Counted from the stretch's first letter, positions 38,221-47,362 are shown. The stretch: DNA of 64,000 bases from Minisyncoccota bacterium (GCA_041658325.1 JBBAAI010000003.1:2201-66200); one strand, 5' to 3'. The notes: generated by a model not told the origin, from the letters alone. Translations and numbers: made by a program.

Positions 38221-39675
38221 ATGTCTTCAATTGATGAAATTAGGGACGCTAGAATAAAAAAACTTAAACTCTTGCAAGACAAGGGGATAAATCCATATCC
38301 AGCAGAATCAAAAAGAGAAATTTCTCTTAAAATAGCTGTTGATGATTTTGAAAATTTAGAGAAAGATAAAGAAATAAAATGGATTGCTGGTAGAGTAATG
38401 TCTATTCGTGGACAAGGCGCAATCATTTTTATCACTCTCAACGATGGAACTGAGATTTTTCAAGGATTACTAAAAAAGGATGTTATCGGTGATGAGAAGC
38501 TTAGTTTTTGGAATGAAGTCGTTGACATCGGAGACTTTGTTGAAGTGCAAGGAACTTTTTTAAAAACTAATAGGGGAGAAAAAACAACAGAAATAAAAGA
38601 TTGGCGCATGCTCGCAAAGAGCTTGAGCCCGTTGCCAGAAAAATGGCATGGTCTAGTAGACGCAGAAGAACGATTTAGAAAACGTTATTTAGATATTTTG
38701 ATGAATCCTGAGATTAAAGATACTTTTGAAAAAAAGGCGAAATTTTGGGAGACTACAAGGAATTTTTTGAAAGATAAAGGATTTTTAGAAGTAGAAACAC
38801 CGACACTTGAGGTTACTACTGGTGGAGCAGAAGCTAGACCATTTAAAACTCATCACAATGATTTTGATATTGATGTTTTTATGAGAATATCGGTCGGAGA
38901 ACTTTGGCAAAAGAGATTAATGGCGGCTGGATTTCCTAAAACTTTTGAGATCGGAAGGGTTTATAGAAACGAAGGAGGAAGCGCTGAACATCTACAGGAA
39001 TTCACTAATATGGAATTCTACGCTTCTTATATGAACATCAAAAAAGGAAAGAAATTAGTTAGAGATTTGTATATAAAAATAGCGAATGAAGTTTTTGGAA
39101 AAACTGAATTTGAAACCAGGGGACATAAATTTGATTTAGCTTCTGATTGGCAGGAGATAGATTATGTGGAAGAAATAAAAAAACAAACCGGTATTGATGT
39201 GCTTGAAGACGGAGAAGAAAAAATGGAACAAACTCTTAAAAAACTGGGTGTGGAATTTGAAGGGGAAAATAGAGAAAGAATGACTGATTCTCTTTGGAAA
39301 TATTGTCGAAAAAATATTACAGGTCCAGCATATCTTGTGAATCATCCGAAACTTGTCGCTCCGCTTTCCAAGGAAAATGCAAAAGACAAGAGAAAGACTG
39401 AAACGTTTCAAGTTATTCTCGCTGGAAGTGAGATGGGTAGAGCACATGCAGAATTAAATGATCCAATTGACCAAGAAAAAAGATTTAATGAACAAAAAAA
39501 ACTGATTGAAAAAGGGGATGAAGAAGCGATGATGCCGGACTCAGAATTTGTGGAAATGCTTGAATACGGAATGCCCCCGTGTTTCGGTTTCGGTTTTGGA
39601 GAAAGATTGTTTGCTTTTCTTGTAGATAAACCAGTCCGCGAAACACAACTATTTCCATTAATGCGTCCAAAATAA
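38221..39675 (+). CDS. lysS: Lysine--tRNA ligase (class II)
   Basis: OB fold, PLPEKWHGL, GGAEARPFKTH, YRNEG, ELNDP, LFPLMR. Confidence 0.97.
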   Translation: MSSIDEIRDARIKKLKLLQDKGINPYPAESKREISLKIAVDDFENLEKDKEIKWIAGRVMSIRGQGAIIFITLNDGTEIFQGLLKKDVIGDEKLSFWNEVVDIGDFVEVQGTFLKTNRGEKTTEIKDWRMLAKSLSPLPEKWHGLVDAEERFRKRYLDILMNPEIKDTFEKKAKFWETTRNFLKDKGFLEVETPTLEVTTGGAEARPFKTHHNDFDIDVFMRISVGELWQKRLMAAGFPKTFEIGRVYRNEGGSAEHLQEFTNMEFYASYMNIKKGKKLVRDLYIKIANEVFGKTEFETRGHKFDLASDWQEIDYVEEIKKQTGIDVLEDGEEKMEQTLKKLGVEFEGENRERMTDSLWKYCRKNITGPAYLVNHPKLVAPLSKENAKDKRKTETFQVILAGSEMGRAHAELNDPIDQEKRFNEQKKLIEKGDEEAMMPDSEFVEMLEYGMPPCFGFGFGERLFAFLVDKPVRETQLFPLMRPK

Positions 39676-39700
39676 AATTAAAATAATATAGAAAGTTTAA

Positions 39701-39729
39701 GGCCCCTGTTGCTCATGCAACCAGGGGCC
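39701..39729. terminator. Hairpin between lysS and convergent microprotein operon
   Basis: GGCCCCTG-TTGC-TCAT-GCAA-C-CAGGGGCC. Confidence 0.7.
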
Positions 39730-39742
39730 CCTCGATTTTGAT

Positions 39743-39874
39743 TCATATTCCTCCGTCTCCGCACCCACAATCGCCGTCGGGTTTATCGTGGTTTTCTTCT
39801 CGTTTCTTGGGAAACCAACTTATCAGGAATATTGCGACAATAGCCCCCGAAAACACGAATATTTCTAGTAACAT
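39743..39874 (-). CDS. 43-aa single-TM microprotein with CGC tail
   Basis: MLLEIFVFSGAIVAIFLISWFPKKREENHDKPDGDCGCGDGGI; SD GGGGGTG overlapping upstream stop. Confidence 0.65.
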   Translation of the reverse strand: MLLEIFVFSGAIVAIFLISWFPKKREENHDKPDGDCGCGDGGI

Positions 39875-39883
39875 CGTCACCCC

Positions 39884-39991
39884 CTATGATTTTCCGCTGC
39901 TTGCGGCTTTTATATAAGCACGAAAGCAAACGAACATGATAATCCCTACAACAATCACAATTCCTGCCGGGATTATTAACCATAGCGGCAT
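39884..39991 (-). CDS. 35-aa single-TM microprotein
   Basis: MPLWLIIPAGIVIVVGIIMFVCFRAYIKAASSGKS; SD AAGGGGGT. Confidence 0.7.
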   Translation of the reverse strand: MPLWLIIPAGIVIVVGIIMFVCFRAYIKAASSGKS

Positions 39992-40004
39992 GTGTAACCC
40001 CCTT

Positions 40005-40124
40005 TCAGTTTATTGGAGGATTAATCGCAATCGTCCGGTTCTGTTTTTTTTTGAAAAGTGTCCTACACAGAAGGACGAAGCATGCGAAGAGCACAACACC
40101 GATGACCAACAGAACTTTTCCCAT
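40005..40124 (-). CDS. 39-aa single-TM microprotein
   Basis: MGKVLLVIGVVLFACFVLLCRTLFKKKQNRTIAINPPIN; SD AAGGAG. Confidence 0.7.
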   Translation of the reverse strand: MGKVLLVIGVVLFACFVLLCRTLFKKKQNRTIAINPPIN

Positions 40125-40142
40125 GAGGTTTCTCCTTTGGGT

Positions 40143-40262
40143 TTATCCTTGAGAGCTCTTTTCTTTTGTAGCCAAGAACCATGCAAGGAGAAGTAAAATT
40201 ACCACAACAACCGCCTTCACTATGTTTATAAGAACAACCCATCCTTCTTCTTTGGGTACCAT
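40143..40262 (-). CDS. 39-aa single-TM microprotein
   Basis: MVPKEEGWVVLINIVKAVVVVILLLLAWFLATKEKSSQG; SD GGAGGTG. Confidence 0.7.
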   Translation of the reverse strand: MVPKEEGWVVLINIVKAVVVVILLLLAWFLATKEKSSQG

Positions 40263-40297
40263 TTTCACCTCCATTTATGAGAAGTTTATCCACCTTA

Positions 40298-40326
40298 AAT
40301 ATAACATATTAAACGACCCAAGTCAA
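40298..40326 (-). promoter_or_regulatory. Sigma70-type promoter of microprotein operon
   Basis: TTGACT-17-TATATT with extended TG. Confidence 0.65.
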
Positions 40327-40360
40327 TTTTAACAGATGAGAGTTTTCCTCCAAAAACAAT

Positions 40361-40395
40361 AATTCCCCGAAATGCAAATCTGCACTCGGGGAGTT
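40361..40395 (-). terminator. Hairpin downstream of ORFs 40870/40645
   Basis: AACTCCCCGAGTGCA-GATT-TGCATTTCGGGGAATT followed by ATTGTTTTT on minus strand. Confidence 0.65.
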
Positions 40396-40420
40396 TTCAA
40401 TTCTCTAGATAAAGAATATC

Positions 40421-40645
40421 CTATTTTTCGATAGACACCACTATCACGCCGAAACCTCTTCTGATTAATTCGTCGACGAACTTTGGTGGTATTTTGATGT
40501 GTCCCGGACGGTCGCTTGAACTGTAAGTAATGACCTTGGTTTCTTCATCGTGGCTCGAAGTTTTTTCGATGATCTTCTTGATTGTGTCAAAGGAACTTTT
40601 CTTCGGCCAATAGGTAATCCGAACAAACGCCTTTCCTGTTTTCAT
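40421..40645 (-). CDS. Small orphan protein (74 aa), probable paralogue of 40664-40870
   Basis: SD AAGGAGG; RITYWPKK motif. Confidence 0.7.
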   Translation of the reverse strand: MKTGKAFVRITYWPKKSSFDTIKKIIEKTSSHDEETKVITYSSSDRPGHIKIPPKFVDELIRRGFGVIVVSIEK

Positions 40646-40663
40646 AATACATGCCCTCCTTTC

Positions 40664-40870
40664 CTAGGCGAGTAACTCGAATTTGAATCCTGCACCGGTG
40701 ATTTTTTTAGGATCCAACTTCTCCTTCCAGTTAGGAACATAAATAGTCTCTGGCCGAAGACCTGCGGTGTTGGGAAAAACGAACCTTCCTAAAGCTGTTC
40801 CAACATCCTCGACCGCTGTTTTGGGCGGCCATTCTGTAATATGGATTCTTTTTACTCTCTCTTTTTTCAT
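40664..40870 (-). CDS. Small orphan protein (68 aa)
   Basis: SD GGAGGAGGT; HITEWPPK motif; promoter TTGACT-17-CATATT at 40892-40920. Confidence 0.7.
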   Translation of the reverse strand: MKKERVKRIHITEWPPKTAVEDVGTALGRFVFPNTAGLRPETIYVPNWKEKLDPKKITGAGFKFELLA

Positions 40871-40948
40871 CGAACACCTCCTCCATTAAGTAATATGTCA
40901 TATTTATGAGCTTTAGTCAATAAATTATCGCCCGAATTAGAAGGGGAG

Positions 40949-40957
40949 TTATCCACA
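40949..40957 (+). promoter_or_regulatory. Perfect DnaA box upstream of mraZ
   Basis: TTATCCACA. Confidence 0.5.
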
Positions 40958-41000
40958 GTTTATGCTTGGTATTACTGTTGAATTTGGAATATAATATATC

Positions 41001-41020
41001 AAGTGGGAAAAAGTGGGAAA
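41001..41020 (+). promoter_or_regulatory. Probable MraZ operator (10-bp direct repeat)
   Basis: AAGTGGGAAA x2 immediately downstream of TATAAT and upstream of mraZ; MraZ is known to bind GTGG/TGGG repeats with 10-bp period. Confidence 0.75.
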
Positions 41021-41046
41021 TTAAAAAAAGAGTAAAAATAAATTTT

Positions 41047-41493
41047 ATGTTGATCGGCGAATACATACACACAATAGATGAAAAAAATCGTATTTCAATG
41101 CCGGTAAAATTTCGAAAAGAAATGGGCAAGAAAATTATTATTACTCCTGGATTAGATTCTTGTTTGTTTATTTTCACAATTAAAGAATGGATAAAGGTTA
41201 GTAAAAGACTTTCTGATAATAATAATGACCTTTCTTTTTTAAAAGCTGATCAAAGAAGTTTTAATAGATATATGTTTGGACGAGCCGCAGAAGTAGAGAT
41301 AGATTCTATCGGAAGAATATTAATCCCAGATTTTTTGAAAGACAGAATTGGACTTAAAGACAAAGCAGCGATTATCGGAGTAGAGGATAGGGTGGAGGTT
41401 TGGAATGACAAAGTATGGTTGCAAAATCAAGAAGTTGTAGAGAAGCAAGCAGGAGAGTTAGCAGAAAAGCTTGGTAATGAGAAGACCAAATAA
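41047..41493 (+). CDS. mraZ: Division/cell wall cluster repressor MraZ
   Basis: GEYIHTIDEKNRISMPVKFR, IDSIGRILIP, GVEDRVEVW. Confidence 0.96.
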   Translation: MLIGEYIHTIDEKNRISMPVKFRKEMGKKIIITPGLDSCLFIFTIKEWIKVSKRLSDNNNDLSFLKADQRSFNRYMFGRAAEVEIDSIGRILIPDFLKDRIGLKDKAAIIGVEDRVEVWNDKVWLQNQEVVEKQAGELAEKLGNEKTK

Positions 41494-41494
41494 A

Positions 41495-42370
41495 ATGGAC
41501 AGTATACACAGGACAGTTCTTTTAAATGAAACAATAAATGGTTTGAATTTGAAGCCAGATTCCGTTGTCTTGGATTGTACGTTTGGCGGAGGTGGACACA
41601 GCGCAGAAATTTTGAGGAGATTTACAAAAGCAAAAATAATCGCGCTTGATCAAGACAAAAAGGCATGGAGACAAAATGATGTTCGAATTTCTTTTCACAA
41701 TGAAAATTTTTCCAATTTAGACAAAGTTCTAAAAAACGAAAAAGTTGACAGCATAATTTTTGATTTAGGTTTAAGTTCAGACCAATTAGAGAATTCCGGA
41801 AGAGGATTTTCTTTTTTGAAAAATGAACCGCTTTTAATGACGATGAAAGACAATCCTTCAACAGAAGATATTACCGCAAATGATGTTGTAAACACGTGGA
41901 GTGAGAAAAGCTTAGCTGACATTATTTATGGTTATGGGGAAGAAAAGTATTCAAGAAGAATTGCGAAAGGAATAGTAGAAGCTAGAGAGAAAGCAGAAAT
42001 TAAAACCACTTCTGATTTAGTAAAAATAATTAGCGAAGCAGTGCCAGGAATATATAAAAGGGGAAGACTTCATTTTGCCACCAGGACGTTTCAAGCATTA
42101 CGGATAGCGGTAAACGATGAGTTAGGGGTTTTGCAAACGGGATTAGAAAAAGGATTTGAAACATTAAAAACAGGGGGGAGAATGTCAGTAATTTCCTTTC
42201 ATAGTTTAGAAGATAGGGTTACAAAAAAATTTTACAAGACACTAGAGAAAGAAGGCAAGGCGATTTTAATAAATAAAAAACCAATTTTAGCAAAAGAAGA
42301 AGAATTAAAAAATAATCCCCGATCAAGAAGTGCAAAATTAAGAATTTTAGAAAAAATAACAAAAATATGA
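41495..42370 (+). CDS. rsmH: 16S rRNA m4C1402 methyltransferase RsmH
   Basis: HRTVLLNE, DCTFGGGGHS, FQALRIAVNDEL, ISFHSLED, NPRSRSAKLR. Confidence 0.97.
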   Translation: MDSIHRTVLLNETINGLNLKPDSVVLDCTFGGGGHSAEILRRFTKAKIIALDQDKKAWRQNDVRISFHNENFSNLDKVLKNEKVDSIIFDLGLSSDQLENSGRGFSFLKNEPLLMTMKDNPSTEDITANDVVNTWSEKSLADIIYGYGEEKYSRRIAKGIVEAREKAEIKTTSDLVKIISEAVPGIYKRGRLHFATRTFQALRIAVNDELGVLQTGLEKGFETLKTGGRMSVISFHSLEDRVTKKFYKTLEKEGKAILINKKPILAKEEELKNNPRSRSAKLRILEKITKI

Positions 42371-42738
42371 GACAAGCGACATTACAACTTAAGACACGTA
42401 TACAGAATGTAAATATTATGAACAATAATATTGAAATTAGGGGAATTATTCTTAATGCAATGCTTTTTGTTATAGTGGCGTTAGCCTTTTGGTATGTTTT
42501 GATATTAGGGAATATGGTTTTTGATATTGTGCAAAGAAAAACCCTAGAAAAAGAAATGCTTACTCTTTCTAACGAAGTGGGGAATTTAGAGCTCACTTAT
42601 TTATCTATTTCAAACAATGTTGATATGGCCCTCTCTTCTTCTATGGGATTTAAGGAAACAAAAGCAATATTTGCAACTCGTAAAGCTGTCGGTTTTAATT
42701 CTATTGATAATATAAAATCTGCTAACAATGAAATATAG
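42367..42738 (+). CDS. FtsL-like cell division protein
   Basis: TM + coiled coil, located between rsmH and ftsI. Confidence 0.65.
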   Translation: MRQATLQLKTRIQNVNIMNNNIEIRGIILNAMLFVIVALAFWYVLILGNMVFDIVQRKTLEKEMLTLSNEVGNLELTYLSISNNVDMALSSSMGFKETKAIFATRKAVGFNSIDNIKSANNEI

Positions 42739-44443
42739 TTTTCTTGTTAGGTCTAGGATTGTTCTTTTTTTTGTTGTATCTTTTGCTTTGATTCTTTTAG
42801 CAAAACTTTTTTTTGTGCAGATTATACACGGTAATGTTTATAGAGAGGCGGCTGATCGTCAATATGCTACACCATCTACCAATGTTTATGAACGTGGAAC
42901 TATTTATTTTGAACGTAAAGATGGAGAACTTGTTTCTGCTGCTACCCAAACTTCTGGTTTTAAAGTCGCAATCAACCCGGGGAAAATCATTGATTTAGAA
43001 AATGTTTATGAAAAATTATCAAGAATCATAACTCTTGATTATGAAGATTTTTCAAAAAAAGCAGGACAAAAGAATGATCCGTATGAAGAAATAGCGAATC
43101 GTCTTTCGAAAGATAAAGCAGACGCTATCTCTAAACTAAAAATTCCAGGAGTAAATATTTATAAAGAAAAATGGCGTTTTTATCCTGGTGGAAATTTAGC
43201 TTCTCACACGTTGGGTCTTATGGGATATAGTGGCGATGAATTAGGTGGGCGTTATGGATTAGAAAGACAATATAATTCTCTCCTTGCTCGCAATATAGAC
43301 AATCCCTATGTTAACTTCTTTGCAGAAGTTTTTTCCAATATTCGTAAAACTTTATTTGAAAATGAAACACCCCAAGGAGACGTGACAATTACTATTGAAC
43401 CCCAAGTTCAGAATTTTTTAGAAAAAAAATTGATGGAAGTAAAAAACAAATATCAAATCGATTCCATTGGCGGGATAATAATGAACCCTAAAGATGGATC
43501 TATCTATGCTATGGGGGCAAAGCCTGATTTTGATCCAAATAATTTTTCTCAAGTTAAAACAATTTCAGTTTTTTCAAATCCACTTGTGGAAAATGTTTTA
43601 GAATTTGGATCTGTGGTAAAACCATTAGTTATGGCGGGAGCGCTTAATGAAGGAGTTGTTACTGCCGATACTACTTATAATGATAAAGGATCTGTGGTAG
43701 TAGAAAAACATGAAATATTTAATTTTGATAAAAAGGGTAGAGGTCCAGGTACTAGTATGCAAGAAGTATTAAGTCAGTCGCTCAATACAGGGATGGTTTT
43801 TGTGGAGCAAAAATTAGGCAAAGTGAAATTACGTGATTATTTACTTTCTTATGGTATTAAAAATAAAACAGGAATTGATTTACCAAATGAAACTAGCGGA
43901 TTAATTTCTGGGATATTGACAAGTCCTAGAGAAATTGAATATGCTAATGCAGCTTTTGGCCAAGGAATCGCTCTTACTCCAGTCGAATTAGTACGAGCGC
44001 TTGCTTCGTTGGGGAATGGAGGGAATTTGGTCGTTCCGCATATAGTTAAAAAGATACAATACAACGATGGTAGTTCGAAAGAAATGGTTTATCCCACCAC
44101 TGCTACAAAAATAACAAAAGAAACCTCGCAAGAAATAACCAGAATGCTGGTGACAGCGATGGATAAAGGAATGGCAGGTGGTACAAAAAAATTAGAAAAT
44201 TTTAGTGTAGCGGTAAAAACAGGGACAGCACAAGTTGCAGATAATGTTAACGGAGGATATTATGAAGATAGGCACACTCATTCATTTTTTGGTTATTTCC
44301 CAGCGTATAATCCGAAGTTTATAGTTTTTCTTTACGCTATAAATCCTAAAGGTGTGCCCTATGCTGCTACGACTTGGACCGATCCATTTTTAGATATTAC
44401 AAAATTTTTATTAAATTATTACAATATTCCGCCAGATCGATAA
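42728..44443 (+). CDS. ftsI: Class B penicillin-binding protein (FtsI-like)
   Basis: RGTIY, RFYPGG, SVVK, SLN, KTGTAQ motifs; dcw position. Confidence 0.9.
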   Translation: MKYSFLVRSRIVLFFVVSFALILLAKLFFVQIIHGNVYREAADRQYATPSTNVYERGTIYFERKDGELVSAATQTSGFKVAINPGKIIDLENVYEKLSRIITLDYEDFSKKAGQKNDPYEEIANRLSKDKADAISKLKIPGVNIYKEKWRFYPGGNLASHTLGLMGYSGDELGGRYGLERQYNSLLARNIDNPYVNFFAEVFSNIRKTLFENETPQGDVTITIEPQVQNFLEKKLMEVKNKYQIDSIGGIIMNPKDGSIYAMGAKPDFDPNNFSQVKTISVFSNPLVENVLEFGSVVKPLVMAGALNEGVVTADTTYNDKGSVVVEKHEIFNFDKKGRGPGTSMQEVLSQSLNTGMVFVEQKLGKVKLRDYLLSYGIKNKTGIDLPNETSGLISGILTSPREIEYANAAFGQGIALTPVELVRALASLGNGGNLVVPHIVKKIQYNDGSSKEMVYPTTATKITKETSQEITRMLVTAMDKGMAGGTKKLENFSVAVKTGTAQVADNVNGGYYEDRHTHSFFGYFPAYNPKFIVFLYAINPKGVPYAATTWTDPFLDITKFLLNYYNIPPDR

Positions 44444-44444
44444 T

Positions 44445-45749
44445 ATGAAAACAAGTTTTAAAAAAATTATAATTTTTATTTTGAAAGTTGAGTCACAACT
44501 TGTACTTTGGAAATATAAACCTAAAATTGTTGCCATCACTGGATCAGTTGGTAAAACTTCCACTAAGGACGCAGTTTACGCTATTTTTTCTAAAATATCA
44601 TATGTTCGTAAAAGTGAGAAAAGTTTTAATAGCGAAATAGGTTTGCCTCTTACTGTTTTAGGATGTCCAAATGGATGGAACAATCCACTTGTTTGGTTTC
44701 TTAATGTTCTGAGAGGGTTGTGGCTTTTTATTTGGCCCCATAAATATCCTGAATGGCTTATTCTTGAGGTGGGCATAGGAAAACCAAATGATATGAAGAA
44801 AACCGCTTCCTGGCTTAAGACAGATGCAGTTATTATAACGACAATAGGGCAAACTCCTCCTCACATTGAATTTTTTAATTCGCATAAACATCTAGTAGAA
44901 GAAAAAAGTCAGCTTTTAAAAACCTTGAAACAGGATGGTCTTTTGGTCCTAAATGCTGATGATGAAGTCGCACTTGAAATGAAGGCAAAAAGTAAACATC
45001 GTTCCATTACGTATGGATTTAATGAAGGATCAGATGTGTTGGGTTCAGGAGATACTATTTTTTATAATGACAAAGAAGAACCGGAAGGAATAATTTTTAG
45101 AGTAGATGAAGGGGGAAGTAGTTTGCCTGTTATTATAGAAGGGGTGTTTGGACGAAATCATGTTTATGCATCTCTAGCGGCCCTCGCTCTTTTTTCTGGT
45201 TTAAAATTTAATATGTTAACAGCCATAAATTCGCTTAAAAATTATGATGTTCCACCAGGTAGAATGCGACTTTTAAAAGGCATAAAAAATTGTTCAATTA
45301 TAGATGATACTTATAATTCTTCTCCTTTTGCGTGTGAGTCTGCCCTTAAAACTTTAAATGAAGTAAGATCAAAAGGTAAGGACGGGAGAAAAATTGCTAT
45401 TTTAGGTGATATGCTAGAGCTTGGTCGTCATACAGCAGAAGCACATAAAAATATTGGCAAAATTATAATAGGCAATGCAGATATATTAATTGTGGTTGGT
45501 CCTAGGGCAAAATTAATAAAAGAAGGCGCTTTGGAATCTGGGATGAATAAAGAAAATATTTTTGAATTTTTGAATTCGCATGAGACAGCAAATTTTGTAA
45601 AAACTTTTTTGCAGAAAAATGATATTGTGTTGATTAAAGGCTCACAAGGTATGCGCATGGAACGTGTGGTGGAAACGATACTTTTAGATCAAGAAAATAA
45701 AAATAAACTTTTAGTTCGACAGGATGATGAGTGGCTGAAGAAAAAATAA
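44445..45749 (+). CDS. murF: UDP-MurNAc-tripeptide--D-Ala-D-Ala ligase
   Basis: AITGSVGKTSTK, NSEIGLPLT, IIDDTYNSSP, LGDMLELG, KGSQGMRME. Confidence 0.93.
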   Translation: MKTSFKKIIIFILKVESQLVLWKYKPKIVAITGSVGKTSTKDAVYAIFSKISYVRKSEKSFNSEIGLPLTVLGCPNGWNNPLVWFLNVLRGLWLFIWPHKYPEWLILEVGIGKPNDMKKTASWLKTDAVIITTIGQTPPHIEFFNSHKHLVEEKSQLLKTLKQDGLLVLNADDEVALEMKAKSKHRSITYGFNEGSDVLGSGDTIFYNDKEEPEGIIFRVDEGGSSLPVIIEGVFGRNHVYASLAALALFSGLKFNMLTAINSLKNYDVPPGRMRLLKGIKNCSIIDDTYNSSPFACESALKTLNEVRSKGKDGRKIAILGDMLELGRHTAEAHKNIGKIIIGNADILIVVGPRAKLIKEGALESGMNKENIFEFLNSHETANFVKTFLQKNDIVLIKGSQGMRMERVVETILLDQENKNKLLVRQDDEWLKKK

Positions 45750-45762
45750 AAACAAAAACAAG

Positions 45763-45792
45763 AAGGGGAGTCCGCGATAACGGACTCCCCTT
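45763..45792. terminator. Hairpin between murF and convergent pyrE-like gene
   Basis: AAGGGGAGTCCG-CGATAA-CGGACTCCCCTT perfect 12-bp stem. Confidence 0.8.
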
Positions 45793-45827
45793 GAGATTGT
45801 GTTGCAGTTTTGTTTCTGCATAATAAA

Positions 45828-46517
45828 TTAAACCCTGTTCGCAATATTTGAATCGATTGCGACTGGAATACCTCTGTTGCAACGAGGACAATTTTCCTTA
45901 CTCCAAGTACTGAGTCTTTTTTCAAGAAGAGCAACGAGTTTCACATTCGCCATATCCTGCGATGTAATCCCACTTAAATTGCAAAAGACACCTAGGCCAA
46001 CGATGTTTCCACCTGCTAGTTGAGTAGCTTTGATAACCTTCTTGGTGGAGCCACCAGTAGCGAGAACATTTCCAACTACCAGAATATTCTTTCCAATAAT
46101 GAGTTTTTCGTAATCTTGCTTAATGGCAAAAAATTTCTCAGGTGCTTTACCAAGTTGCGGAAATTTTTTCCACCATAGACGCAAACCAAAGCAAATATGC
46201 CACAACGGAGATGTCGATTTCTCCGTCTCCTCAGCATATACACTGAGTACCTTGCGATTGTTTAATTTTGCAAGATGGTGCGCCACCCACTGAGAAAGAA
46301 TTACTCCACCGATCGCTGGAGCAATAACTGCCTCTATGTTGTCGTCAGCAAATTGTTCAGCAATTTTTCGACAAAGATGAGAAATTTCTGTCACATGCGG
46401 ATATGTCGCATCCTCGTCTATATATACTCTTCCGTGTTCTCCATTTGGGTAGATTACATGGCTATCTTTGATAACCGCATTGATCGTCTCGAGTATCCCT
46501 AGAACTTTTTCTGGCAT
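45828..46517 (-). CDS. Orotate phosphoribosyltransferase-like (PyrE-fold) protein with degenerate PRPP loop
   Basis: APAIGGVIL, ILVVGNVLATGGS, C-terminal CPRC..G.P; SD GGAGGG; promoter TTGACT-17-TATTAT (46591-46619). Confidence 0.75.
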   Translation of the reverse strand: MPEKVLGILETINAVIKDSHVIYPNGEHGRVYIDEDATYPHVTEISHLCRKIAEQFADDNIEAVIAPAIGGVILSQWVAHHLAKLNNRKVLSVYAEETEKSTSPLWHICFGLRLWWKKFPQLGKAPEKFFAIKQDYEKLIIGKNILVVGNVLATGGSTKKVIKATQLAGGNIVGLGVFCNLSGITSQDMANVKLVALLEKRLSTWSKENCPRCNRGIPVAIDSNIANRV

Positions 46518-46656
46518 TTCGTATCCCTCCACGGTGTTTAGTTAAAAATGTACTATTATAGCCAGAAGTTTTCCGACTATTGCCCAAAGTATAATAACAG
46601 CAATATAAAGAATAGTCAAATTCAGTATATTTTTGTATTGTGTTAATATATAGAGT

Positions 46657-47277
46657 ATGAAGAAGAAAAAATTAAAATATATGTCGTTCACTGTTTTGAT
46701 AATTTTGATAATTTTTTTAGGTTATGAGATTAAAAATAAATCAGATCAAGATGAATCAGATACAACGATACCAGACACAAATACGATTGATTCTATGGAC
46801 TGGACAACACTATCTCAAAAAGAATTGGCGAATATTTTATCTAAAGAACCAGACATATATTATATAAAAGATTTTGGTCTTAAAATTTCACAAACAATAG
46901 ATTTGACAGGGGATGGAAAAAAAGAGGGAATTGTTAGTGGAGATGGGGGGAATAGTGATGTTTCATTTATTCTTATAAGAAATTCAGACAACACCATCTC
47001 TTTAGCGAAACAGAAAAATAAAGATGGCAGTATTTCTCCTGTGTCACTTTATCAAATAGGGAGAACTATGGTGAACGTAAATTTTAAATTACTTACGACG
47101 GAGCGTGGATTTTATACAGCATCATTGTCTTTTGATGAATCAGCCGATAATTCTCAAACTTCTCATTTTAAATGTACAGAAGATTCGATAGATGCTTATG
47201 TTTGGAATAAACAAATAGAATTTTTCGTTTGGAATCAATCATTGACTACGAAATATATTGCACAAATTTGTAAATAA
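46657..47277 (+). CDS. Hypothetical exported protein
   Basis: N-terminal basic+TM, DLTGDGKKE Ca-loop-like motif. Confidence 0.75.
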   Translation: MKKKKLKYMSFTVLIILIIFLGYEIKNKSDQDESDTTIPDTNTIDSMDWTTLSQKELANILSKEPDIYYIKDFGLKISQTIDLTGDGKKEGIVSGDGGNSDVSFILIRNSDNTISLAKQKNKDGSISPVSLYQIGRTMVNVNFKLLTTERGFYTASLSFDESADNSQTSHFKCTEDSIDAYVWNKQIEFFVWNQSLTTKYIAQICK

Positions 47278-47362
47278 ATAATCTGGACACAACTATAAGT
47301 GTATGTTAGAATCCTGTTTAGAAATTAAAATAGTAGTTTTCTCTCTAAGGAAAGGGGGCAAT

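Noticed and set aside
39680-39746. Fifth micro-ORF MNQNRGAPGCMS... after GGAGG
   Set aside because: Overlaps the terminal hairpin, lacks TM pattern; SD-like bases are Gly codons of the upstream peptide
39783-40293. ORF-track ORFs 39783-39983(-), 39936-40196(+), 40063-40293(-)
   Set aside because: No SD and incoherent composition; four SD-led TM microproteins in other frames explain the region
6309-40957. oriC from DnaA boxes
   Set aside because: Boxes isolated, not clustered; no dnaA/dnaN in window
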